From a bacterium (GTDB taxonomy: Bacteria; Patescibacteriota; Minisyncoccia; UBA6257; UBA9933), in the NCBI GenBank assembly GCA_030693235.1, contig JAUYBE010000016.1:101917-160059 (forward strand): DNA of 58,143 nucleotides, in the 5' to 3' direction. Positions 10,532 through 18,708 of this stretch are shown here, piece by piece. The notes beneath the pieces were generated by a model. The model ran no database searches. It was not told the origin of the DNA and saw only the letters and a list, made by a program, of their open reading frames with translations. How positions within the stretch are numbered: position 1 is the first letter of the stretch; each line of letters starts with the position of its first letter. A program made the translations under genes and the position numbers.

Positions 10532-10891
10532 TTAAAAATTATGTTTTTTGGCAAAAGCTGCAGCCCATTCATACTCTTTTCTTGATATCGCCGCGTTGTA
10601 TATTATCTCTTCAGCTTTTCTCCTACATTCCTCATATACCTCGTTCTCTAGATTATATTCCGCAACTAACTTATTAATTTCATTCAACTTACTTTCTATT
10701 GCTTCCTCTGCTTTCTCCATCGAAATTTCACTATAATACTCGTCTCCAACATGTTTTCTTTTGGGGATTTCTTCTATTTCTTCTTCTAATGCTTGAATGG
10801 CCATTAAGGCTGCTTTTGCTGCTTTTGCTGCTTTTTTGACACCTGTTTCTACCTTTAGCCCTAAAAACTTTTTAATCGTTAACCACTTCAT
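10532..10891 (-). CDS. Hypothetical helical protein
   Basis: 119-aa ORF with GGGAGG SD and its own leader module. Confidence 0.65.
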   Translation of the reverse strand: MKWLTIKKFLGLKVETGVKKAAKAAKAALMAIQALEEEIEEIPKRKHVGDEYYSEISMEKAEEAIESKLNEINKLVAEYNLENEVYEECRRKAEEIIYNAAISRKEYEWAAAFAKKHNF

Positions 10892-11053
10892 CTTCTTCCT
10901 CCCTTTCCGGCCATTTGGCCGATTTAAAGTTGTTTATTTGATTTATTTCCTGCTCTGTCCTATATTAAATTATCAAAGGGCTTAATTTCATCCTGAGTTT
11001 GTCGAAGGATTGAAACTACTTTTAAAATAGCATACAATTTTAAAAAAGTCAAG
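10892..11053 (-). repeat. Duplicated promoter/leader module, copy 2 (overlaps the tRNA-Leu promoter)
   Basis: See 10296-10438; plus-strand TTGAAA(11010)-17-TACAAT(11033). Confidence 0.8.
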
Positions 11054-11134
11054 CTCCCGTGGCGGAACTGGAATACGCGCGGCGTTTAGAACGCCGTCCC
11101 GCAAGGGTTAGAGGTTCAAATCCTCTCGGGAGCA
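11053..11134 (+). tRNA. tRNA-Leu(TAG), CCA not encoded
   Basis: Acceptor GCTCCCG/CGGGAGC; anticodon arm CGGCG-TTTAGAA-CGCCG; long variable arm; GGTTCAAATCC. Confidence 0.93.
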
Positions 11135-11189
11135 CAGATCAGAAGCACAAAATAAAATTAACACCAAATGCCAAATAACCAATTAAACA

Positions 11190-11227
11190 TTACTCCAGTA
11201 TCCTGCGATCGTTAGACACTGGAGTAA
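11190..11227. repeat. 38-bp CGATCG-core palindrome, site A
   Basis: TTACTCCAGTATCCTG-CGATCG-TTAGACACTGGAGTAA. Confidence 0.75.
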
Positions 11228-11280
11228 ATTTAAAAAAATGGAAAAAGCTTAATAAAGAAATGGAAATGGAAAACCACATC

Positions 11281-11877
11281 TTAAATTAAATGTTCCAAAC
11301 TTCCGGTTTTGCTAATCTCAAAAATCTCTACAAAATCAACCAATTTCATTTTAAAAAGATCTCCTAAAAATTCTTTGGGAATTTTAACTTTTCCCATCCA
11401 AACGCTTTTTTGAATCATTTTAAATCCCAAATTTACTAAAACCGCTCTCAACCACTCTCTTTTTCTTTTTTCCAATTCTGGAATATCAAAAACCACAATA
11501 ACAAATTTATTATTTCCTTCTTTTAAATAAACCGCTTCTGGCAATCTTCTCTTATTTTGTTCTTTTAGATAAGCGAGTTTTTCTTTTCCTTTTTTGGTTA
11601 AAATAAAAAATCTTTTGTTGTTCTTTTGTTCTTCCCCAATAAGACCGTCCTTCTTCAGATAATAAACCATATTATAATATCTTTGTTTGGCCTGTCTTTT
11701 TAAGTTTCTTTCCATTGACTTTCCAATTCTCTGATTTTGACGCTTGGAAATTTCGTATTGTAATTTGCCATAAGAAGCTCCATAACTAGCGCTTAAAACG
11801 ACATCAAAAAAATCTGTTGCTGTTCCAGCAAAATCTCCGATTACTTCTAATATTTTTACACTAACATCTCCCTTCAT
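11281..11877 (-). CDS. PaaX-like protein (wHTH plus Cas2-like central domain)
   Basis: wHTH 'LKKDGLI...LTKKGK' followed by 'IVVFDIPELEKRKREWLR..L..LGFKMIQKSVW'. Confidence 0.8.
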   Translation of the reverse strand: MKGDVSVKILEVIGDFAGTATDFFDVVLSASYGASYGKLQYEISKRQNQRIGKSMERNLKRQAKQRYYNMVYYLKKDGLIGEEQKNNKRFFILTKKGKEKLAYLKEQNKRRLPEAVYLKEGNNKFVIVVFDIPELEKRKREWLRAVLVNLGFKMIQKSVWMGKVKIPKEFLGDLFKMKLVDFVEIFEISKTGSLEHLI

Positions 11878-11939
11878 AAATAATTCGCAAATAATAAACG
11901 GTATAAAATAAATTGTTTATAATTTTATAATAATCTAAT

Positions 11940-11977
11940 CTACTATGAAGTCAAGCGATCGCATAATGCTGGAGTAA
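11940..11977. repeat. 38-bp CGATCG-core palindrome, site B (overlaps the -35 of the PaaX-like gene)
   Basis: CTACTATGAAGTCAAG-CGATCG-CATAATGCTGGAGTAA. Confidence 0.7.
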
Positions 11978-12000
11978 TTTATAAAAATTTAAATTCATGC

Positions 12001-12912
12001 TTATTTATTTCTTCTTCTGCCGTGAAAAGATTGATGCACTTCGCGGAGTTGCTTGTTGGTTAAATGAGTGTAAATTTGGGTGGTGGAAACATTGCTGTGC
12101 CCTAAAAGCTCCTGAACCGAACGCAAATCCGCGCCGCCGACCAAAAGATCGGTGGCGAAAAGATGTCGAAGCGTATGAGGATGAACTTTTTCCGGAATGC
12201 CGGCTTTGCGGCTGTAAAAATCAACCATTCTTTGAATTGCCCGGGGAATAATCCGACCGATTATCTTGGGTAATCTTTTAGCTTTGAGCTTTGAGTTTTT
12301 AGTTAAGCTGACAAAAAGCGCTTCTTCGGCATCCGCTCTTTTATTTAAATAATTCTTGATAGCTTTTTTTGACCGCTCCGAAAGAAAAACTATCCGTAGT
12401 TTCCCGCCCTTGCCACGTACCGAAATCTCGCCGCGATCAATGTCAAAATAACGATTCAAACCGCAAAGTTCGGAAATTCGCAGTCCTGTGGAAAATAAAG
12501 TTTCTAAAATCGCTTTGTCGCGAAGAGAGCGTAAATCAGAGCTGTTTGGCGCGCTCAATAATCTTTCCAGATCTTCGTACTCAATAATTTCAATCTGGCG
12601 CGTCGGAATTTTCGGCAATTCAATCTTATCCGGAGATAAAACCTCAATATCCCGCCTGATTAAATATTTCAAAAAATTCCTTAAGGCGATAATATAATAA
12701 CTTTGGGTATTTTTCTTAATCTCCCTCCTCGCCAAATAAAGCCGAAATTCACGGACGGCCTCCGAAGTAATTTCTTTTTCGCTTTTAATTTTCCCGAAAT
12801 CCAAAAAGGCTTTTAAATAATGCTCGTAGTTCTCGCGAGTCTTAATCGAACGGTTTTTCTCGATTTCCAAATAATTAAGATAATCTTGAAGAAATTTTTG
12901 AATGCTGTTCAT
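12001..12912 (-). CDS. Tyrosine recombinase, XerC/XerD family
   Basis: TGLRISEL, GKGGK, HPHTLRH, LLGHS, TTQIYTH catalytic motifs. Confidence 0.93.
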   Translation of the reverse strand: MNSIQKFLQDYLNYLEIEKNRSIKTRENYEHYLKAFLDFGKIKSEKEITSEAVREFRLYLARREIKKNTQSYYIIALRNFLKYLIRRDIEVLSPDKIELPKIPTRQIEIIEYEDLERLLSAPNSSDLRSLRDKAILETLFSTGLRISELCGLNRYFDIDRGEISVRGKGGKLRIVFLSERSKKAIKNYLNKRADAEEALFVSLTKNSKLKAKRLPKIIGRIIPRAIQRMVDFYSRKAGIPEKVHPHTLRHLFATDLLVGGADLRSVQELLGHSNVSTTQIYTHLTNKQLREVHQSFHGRRRNK

Positions 12913-13002
12913 TTTTTTATTTTAACAAATAAAAACACGAAAAACCATTAATAAAAATACGAAGTTTTGCCAAAAAGACCCATTTTTTGTATTCTTAAAG
13001 AG

Positions 13003-14247
13003 GTGAAAGACAAAATTTTGGAAAATTTAATCGAAAAAGAAGTCAAACGGCAAAAAGAAACTATTAATTTGATTGCTTCGGAAAATTTCGTTTCGAAAGA
13101 CGTTTTAGAGGCGCTTGGTTCGGTTTTAACCAATAAATATTCCGAAGGCTACCCGGAAAAACGCTATTACGCCGGAAATGAAATTATTGACCAAATAGAA
13201 ATGTTGGCGCAGGAACGCGCTCTAAAGGCTTTTAAGCTAAAAGCTAAAAACTGGTCAGTAAATGTTCAACCCTACTCCGGCTCGCCGGCAAATATGGCGG
13301 TTTATTACGCCCTACTTAAGCCGGGAGAAAAAATTATGGGTATGGGACTGCCTTTCGGCGGCCATTTGACTCACGGCTGGAAAGTAAATTTCTCCGGGCG
13401 GTTTTATAAAACAATTCAGTACGGCGTCCAAAAAAACGGCTATCTTGATTACGGCGAAATTAGAAAATTAGCCAAAAAAGAAAGACCGAAAATTATTGTC
13501 GCCGGCGCCACCGCTTATTCCCGAATAATCGATTTTAAAAAATTTTCCGCCATCGCCAAAGAAGTTAACGCTTATTTGATGGTTGATATGGCTCATATTG
13601 CCGGACTCGTCGCCGCCGGAGTTCACCCTTCGCCTTTCCCCTATGCTGATGTGGTAACTACCACTACTCACAAAACTCTTCGCGGGCCAAGAGGAGCGAT
13701 GATATTCTCGAATCGCGAATCGCGAATCGCGAAACATTACAAAATTGACATTACTTCGGCGATTGATAAAGCGGTTTTTCCAGGCCTTCAAGGCGGACCT
13801 CATAATAATCAAACAGCGGCTATCGCCCAATGTCTTTTTGAAGCGTCACAACCAAGTTTTAAAAAATACGCCGAACAAATTGTAAAAAACGCTAAAACTC
13901 TGGCAAAAAAATTGCGAGAATACGACTTTCAATTAATTTCCGACGGAACAGACAACCACTTAATTCTTATTAATCTTGCTGATTTAGACGTTTCAGGCCG
14001 GCAAGCGCAGAGTCAGCTCGAAAAAGCCGGTATTGTCGTTAATAAAAATACCGTTCCTTATGACAACCGCTCGCCTTTTGATCCATCGGGAATTAGATTG
14101 GGAACGCCGGTAATCACTTCACGGGGCATGAAAGAAAAAGAGGTGGAAAAAATCGCCGAGTTGATTTATCGGGTTTTAATTAAAAAAGAAAATCCGACAA
14201 TTATTAATAGAGAAGTTAAAAAAATCTGCAATAAATTTCCAATATAA
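13003..14247 (+). CDS. glyA: Serine hydroxymethyltransferase
   Basis: LIASEN, NKYSEGYP, GGHLTHG, TTTTHKTLRGPRG; GTG start after TTGCCA-17-TATTCT. Confidence 0.96.
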   Translation: MKDKILENLIEKEVKRQKETINLIASENFVSKDVLEALGSVLTNKYSEGYPEKRYYAGNEIIDQIEMLAQERALKAFKLKAKNWSVNVQPYSGSPANMAVYYALLKPGEKIMGMGLPFGGHLTHGWKVNFSGRFYKTIQYGVQKNGYLDYGEIRKLAKKERPKIIVAGATAYSRIIDFKKFSAIAKEVNAYLMVDMAHIAGLVAAGVHPSPFPYADVVTTTTHKTLRGPRGAMIFSNRESRIAKHYKIDITSAIDKAVFPGLQGGPHNNQTAAIAQCLFEASQPSFKKYAEQIVKNAKTLAKKLREYDFQLISDGTDNHLILINLADLDVSGRQAQSQLEKAGIVVNKNTVPYDNRSPFDPSGIRLGTPVITSRGMKEKEVEKIAELIYRVLIKKENPTIINREVKKICNKFPI

Positions 14248-14252
14248 AAACC

Positions 14253-14729
14253 ATGGTCAATAAATATAAAAATACAATTGAAGCGGTCGCCTCTGTATTG
14301 GTTGTCAATCAAGAAAATAAAATACTTTTAATTAAATCGCACAAATGGGGAAATTATTATCTTGTCCCGGGCGGCCATATAGAAATTAATGAGGGTATAA
14401 TGAATGCGGCCAAGCGCGAAGGCGAAGAAGAAACTGGTTTAAAATTGAAACCCCTCTATTGCGTAAACATAGGAGAACTCATTAACGATGCGAGTTTTTA
14501 TAGAGAAGCTCATTTAATATATTTTCATATCGTTTGCGAGCCGCTAAGTGAAAAAATAAATTTACAGAAAGATGAACTAAGAGAATTTATTTGGATTGAC
14601 CCAAGAGAGGCACTCAAATTAAATCTTACGAGAGGCGTGAAGCAAACCATAAAAAATTTTATTAACGGTGTGCGAATAAATATCACATCGCATACTTCTA
14701 AAAAATGGTTATCGACGGCAAGAAAATAG
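14253..14729 (+). CDS. NUDIX hydrolase
   Basis: Nudix box GGHIEINEGIMNAAKREGEEETGL. Confidence 0.9.
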   Translation: MVNKYKNTIEAVASVLVVNQENKILLIKSHKWGNYYLVPGGHIEINEGIMNAAKREGEEETGLKLKPLYCVNIGELINDASFYREAHLIYFHIVCEPLSEKINLQKDELREFIWIDPREALKLNLTRGVKQTIKNFINGVRINITSHTSKKWLSTARK

Positions 14730-15661
14730 CAAGCGAAATTATTACTAAACTGAAAACCCAGCCCATTCCGCAAAAAATTTTAGCGGCTGTTTTGGTCGGC
14801 GAAAATCCGGCTTCAATTAGTTTTTTAAAACAAAAAGAAAGGGTTGCTAAAGAATTGGGTGTTGATTTCAGAATCTATAGATTCCCGGAAGAAATTAAAA
14901 ATGACGACTTAAGAAAAGAAGTCGGAAAAATCGCCTTGTTAAAACCGGTTGGTGGAGTAATCGTCCAATTGCCCCTACCGATACATTTGAACCGTCATTA
15001 TATTCTTAATGTTATTCCACGCGAGAAAGACGTTGATGTTTTAGGCGAGCGGGCGCTTGGCGCTTTTTATGCCGGAAGAAATCCGGTTCTACCACCAGCT
15101 GTGGGAACCGTTATTGAAATTTTAAGAGAGCCAGCGGCTTTGTTTGAGAAAAATGTCTCTGAGGCCGAGCAGTCACGGTGCCTGAGCGAAGCGAAGGCGA
15201 GCGAGGCCGAGAGGTCAAGCGGCGTCCGCCACGCCGGGGCGGACAACCACGTTTTTTCAAAAATAAAGCCGTTGGCGATAGCAGTCATCGGTCTTGGATT
15301 TTTAGTGGGCAAACCGATTGCGACTTGGCTGATAGGAAAATGTCCGGAAATTTATCTTTTGGGCCGAGGCAGTGATTTAAAAATTCTAAAACAGGCGGAT
15401 TTAATAATTTCCGGCGTTGGCCAAGCAGGAATAATAAAGCCGGAAATGCTAAAAGAAAACGCCGGCGTCATTGATTTCGGATATTCAATAGAAAATGGAT
15501 CAGGAATTATGAATAATGAATTAAGAATAAAAATTCGCGGAGATTTAGATGTTTCTGATATTCATAATTCAGGTTTCTATACCCCCACTCCCGGCGGCAC
15601 CGGCCCGATATTAGTGACTAAAATTTTTGAAAACTTTTATAGATTATTAAATAAAGAGTAG
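14705..15661 (+). CDS. folD: Bifunctional methylene-THF dehydrogenase/cyclohydrolase with a ~50-aa palindrome-derived insertion
   Basis: 'IDGKKIA', 'VQLPLP', 'KDVD', 'VGKP', 'TPTPGGTGP'. Confidence 0.88.
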   Translation: MVIDGKKIASEIITKLKTQPIPQKILAAVLVGENPASISFLKQKERVAKELGVDFRIYRFPEEIKNDDLRKEVGKIALLKPVGGVIVQLPLPIHLNRHYILNVIPREKDVDVLGERALGAFYAGRNPVLPPAVGTVIEILREPAALFEKNVSEAEQSRCLSEAKASEAERSSGVRHAGADNHVFSKIKPLAIAVIGLGFLVGKPIATWLIGKCPEIYLLGRGSDLKILKQADLIISGVGQAGIIKPEMLKENAGVIDFGYSIENGSGIMNNELRIKIRGDLDVSDIHNSGFYTPTPGGTGPILVTKIFENFYRLLNKE

Positions 15662-15716
15662 TTTGTTAACAATTATAACTAATGTAAATAAAAACTCCCC
15701 AACTTCTTTCTTTATA

Positions 15717-16262
15717 TTAAGCGGGGAGTTTAAAAATTGTCCAAGCGCGGCATAGATAAAAGACGAATGTCGCGAAGGAAAGGGCGACCATCAACTTCAA
15801 GATTCGCGTTAACTCAATATTATAGATATTAAAATACGAATTAGTAATCGCAAATCCAATCAAAATCAGATAGCCAACTTGCCTTAATTTACCCACAAGA
15901 TGGACTTTAATTAGGGCTCTTCTTCTGGTTCCAATATAGACACTGGCGCTAAGAACGAATATGCCAAGCTCAATTACAAGAATCACGACCACCCATTTAC
16001 TAAAAACAGCTTCCGCTCCTTTAAGAAAAATTAAATTCCCAATAGCAGCTGCCAAAAGCAATCGGTCTCGTAAGGGATCTAAAAAAGCGCCCAGAGTCGT
16101 TTATTGGTTAAGGCGGCGAGCTAAAAAACCGTCCAACACGTCAGAAAACATTGCCCACAATATTGTCCCTATCATCACAACAAGATAGTTGCTTAGATAT
16201 CCAAAAACATAGAAAACCGTAGCAATTATTCCAGACATCGTCACTAAATTTGGGATTATCAC
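15717..16262 (-). pseudogene. CDP-alcohol phosphatidyltransferase (PgsA-like) with an in-frame TAA at 16101-16103
   Basis: MIIPNLVT...SDVLDGFLARRLNQ*TTLGAFLDPLRD matches the DxxDGxxAR...GxxxDxxxD motif; GGAGG SD upstream of GTG. Confidence 0.8.
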
Positions 16263-16317
16263 CTCAATCACCTCCTATTCTTATTGTTTATTTTAAACAA
16301 CTAATTAAAGATATAAA

Positions 16318-17331
16318 TCAAATTTTTAAAGCTGTCAAGGTTTTCTTTTTGATTTCTTCTAAAAGTTTTTTGTCTTGTTTTAATTTTTCGCGGGACGCTT
16401 CGAGGCCGACGCCAAGTTTTTCAGCATCAAAAGAATAAGTGTTGCCGGTTTTTTTAACAATGCCGTATTTAACGGCGCTGTTCAGAACATCGCCTTCATA
16501 AGAAATTCCTTCGCCATACATTATATCAAATTCCGCGATTTTGAAAGGCGGCGCCACCTTGTTTTTCGCCACCTTGGCGCGAGTGCGATTTCCGACCACT
16601 TCCTCGCCCTTTTTAATTTGAGCGATGCGCCTTAAATCAATCCTCACCGAAGCGTAAAATTTTAAAGCCCGGCCGCCCGGCGTGGTAGTCGGATCGCCAT
16701 AACCCATCATATTAATTTTCTCCCGAAGTTGATTGATAAAAATAATTAAAACCTTGTTTTTGGCGGCAATTGCCGTTAATTTTCTTAGGGCCTGACTCAT
16801 CATTCTAGCCTGAAGGCCGATAAATTGCGCTCCCATTTCACCTTCAATTTCCGCTCTCGGAGTTAGGGCCGCCACCGAGTCAATAATAACGGCGCTGATA
16901 ATCCCGGAACGCACCAAACTTTCCAAGATATTCAAAGCGTCTTCACCCGAATCCGGCTGGGAAACCAAAAGGTCTTCTATTTTAACTCCAAGTTTTTTGG
17001 CATAATCCGGGTCCATAGCGTGCTCAGCGTCAATATAAGCCACTTTGCCGCCTTTTTTCTGAATCTCGGCGATAACATGAAGCGCCATCGTGCTTTTGCC
17101 GCTTGATTCAGGGCCGAATATCTCAACTATCCTACCCATAGGCAAACCGCCGACGCCCAAAGCAATATCCAAAGAAAAAGAACCCGTTGAAACCACCTCT
17201 GTATCAACTTTTTTAACGGAATCTAATTTCATTATCGCGCCCTCGCCGAATTTATCCTGAAGAGACTCTAATAATTTATCTAAATCTGTACTCTTTATTA
17301 AATTTTTATCGTCTTCTTTGTCTTTTCTCAT
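16318..17331 (-). CDS. recA: Recombinase A
   Basis: [36 protein letters not shown]. Confidence 0.97.
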   Translation of the reverse strand: MRKDKEDDKNLIKSTDLDKLLESLQDKFGEGAIMKLDSVKKVDTEVVSTGSFSLDIALGVGGLPMGRIVEIFGPESSGKSTMALHVIAEIQKKGGKVAYIDAEHAMDPDYAKKLGVKIEDLLVSQPDSGEDALNILESLVRSGIISAVIIDSVAALTPRAEIEGEMGAQFIGLQARMMSQALRKLTAIAAKNKVLIIFINQLREKINMMGYGDPTTTPGGRALKFYASVRIDLRRIAQIKKGEEVVGNRTRAKVAKNKVAPPFKIAEFDIMYGEGISYEGDVLNSAVKYGIVKKTGNTYSFDAEKLGVGLEASREKLKQDKKLLEEIKKKTLTALKI

Positions 17332-17346
17332 ATTCCTTATTTTTCG

Positions 17347-17425
17347 CAAAACCGACGCGAAACTTTACGCGAAACTGACGCGAAACAATTTAGCGTCTGT
17401 TCTGCGTTCAATTTTGCGTCTGTTT
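17347..17425. repeat. Inverted array of ACGCGAAA/TTTGCGT short repeats
   Basis: Three xACGCGAAAC units facing three GCGTC/GCGTT units; similar array at 5915-6009. Confidence 0.65.
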
Positions 17426-17621
17426 AGCGCTTTACAAACGCCAACAATCCCATAAATCTGGCTCTTTTAACGGCCTGTGCCAGCATTCGCTGATGCTTGG
17501 CGCAAGTGCCGGTATGTCGCGGGTCGATAATTTTTGCCTGGCCGGAAACAAAACGCCGAAGCAAATCAACTTCTTTATAGTCAATATTTTTTTTATTTTG
17601 AGAACAGAAAAAGCATTGCAT
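17424..17621 (-). CDS. rpsR: 30S ribosomal protein S18
   Basis: 'CFFC..IDYKEV..LRRF', 'TGTCAKHQR', 'VKRAR'. Confidence 0.95.
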   Translation of the reverse strand: MQCFFCSQNKKNIDYKEVDLLRRFVSGQAKIIDPRHTGTCAKHQRMLAQAVKRARFMGLLAFVKR

Positions 17622-17628
17622 GATAATT

Positions 17629-17730
17629 AGTTTATAAAGTTATAAAGTTGAAAGTTATAAAGTTGAATCATTAAATTTTACAAACTTTATGAACTTTACA
17701 AACTTTATGAACTTTATGAACTTTTAACTT
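17629..17730. repeat. Inverted tandem short-repeat hairpin (TAAAGTT)n/(AACTTTA)n
   Basis: Directly visible periodic repeats between ssb and rpsR. Confidence 0.7.
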
Positions 17731-18170
17731 CAAAATGGTAAATCCTCCGATTTTATTTCTTCTTCATTAATGTCTATTTCCGGTAATTCTTCTTTCGCCG
17801 CTGCCGGTTTCGCGTTAAACGCTTCTCTTTGACCGCCTTGACCGCTCCTTGGCCCAAATTGAATTCTTTCAGCGACTATTTCGGTCCGATATTGTTTGCT
17901 CCCATCCTTGCCATCCCAAGACCGAGTTTGAATTCTGCCTTCAACCAAAATCAGACTTCCTTTGGCAATATACTGATTTACGATTTCAGCCTGACGGCCG
18001 AAAACCACGACATTATGAAACTGAACTTCTTCTTGTTTTTCACCTTGCTGATTTTTCCAAACGCGATTAGTAGCCATACCGAAAGAAGCCACTGCGGCGC
18101 CCGAAGGCAAATTCCGAAGTTCCGGATCCCGAGTCAGATTGCCAATTAAAAAAACTTTGTTTAGATTCAC
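17730..18170 (-). CDS. ssb: Single-stranded DNA-binding protein
   Basis: LNKVFLIGNLTRDPE; acidic C-terminal tail ending DLPF. Confidence 0.96.
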   Translation of the reverse strand: MNLNKVFLIGNLTRDPELRNLPSGAAVASFGMATNRVWKNQQGEKQEEVQFHNVVVFGRQAEIVNQYIAKGSLILVEGRIQTRSWDGKDGSKQYRTEIVAERIQFGPRSGQGGQREAFNAKPAAAKEELPEIDINEEEIKSEDLPF

Positions 18171-18174
18171 TTTT

Positions 18175-18243
18175 TTAGGTGTTAGGTGTTAGGTGTTAGG
18201 TGTTAGAAAATTACTAAAACCTAAAAACTAAAACCTAAAACCT
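18175..18243. repeat. Inverted heptamer arrays (TTAGGTG)n/(CTAAAAC)n
   Basis: Reverse complement closely matches 54711-54797. Confidence 0.75.
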
Positions 18244-18674
18244 CATTTCAATATTTCTTCCAATTTTTTTTCTAATTCCTCATTGCTCAAAACCTCTGTT
18301 TTTGGCGTTATTTTGCGCGCTGAAATCGCCGGAGCCGCTGAAATTTCCCGAGTGTAAACTTTCTCGGAATCGATTTTGCTTTCGATTTTTCTCATTATAA
18401 CCGGCCGGGAAATAATCAGGTGTCTTAAAATTTTCGGCGAAGTTTTTAATTCTTTATCCAATTCCTTAACGCTTTCGGGATCGCCGGAAAAATACAGATA
18501 ACCGAAAAAAGCGAAATTCTCTTTCTTTATCAGATAAGCTAATTTTATTCGCGAAACTTCTCCATCATCAATAATCGAAAACCCGCGGTCTTTTAAAATT
18601 CTTGCCAGTTCTCCTTTATCCTCCTCTAATTTAACCAAGAAGCCGATTTCGTATTTTTTGGGTTCTTTATCCAT
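18243..18674 (-). CDS. rpsF: 30S ribosomal protein S6
   Basis: 'KYEIGFL', 'LAYLIKK', 'ILRHLI'; rpsF-ssb-rpsR synteny. Confidence 0.9.
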   Translation of the reverse strand: MDKEPKKYEIGFLVKLEEDKGELARILKDRGFSIIDDGEVSRIKLAYLIKKENFAFFGYLYFSGDPESVKELDKELKTSPKILRHLIISRPVIMRKIESKIDSEKVYTREISAAPAISARKITPKTEVLSNEELEKKLEEILK

Positions 18675-18708
18675 TGTTAATATATAGTAAATGGTCAATG
18701 GTCAATGG

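Noticed and set aside
11281-11877. CRISPR-Cas locus suggested by the Cas2-like motif
   Set aside because: No cas1 and no repeat-spacer array in the window; the domain is fused to a wHTH as in PaaX-like proteins.
8764-12912. Prophage or integron anchored on the tyrosine recombinase and tRNA-Leu
   Set aside because: No phage genes, no duplicated tRNA 3' end and no attC-like sites were seen; the recombinase looks like a housekeeping Xer.
16101-16103. Stop-codon reassignment
   Set aside because: A single TAA; TAA, TAG and TGA all terminate conserved genes here, consistent with code 11.
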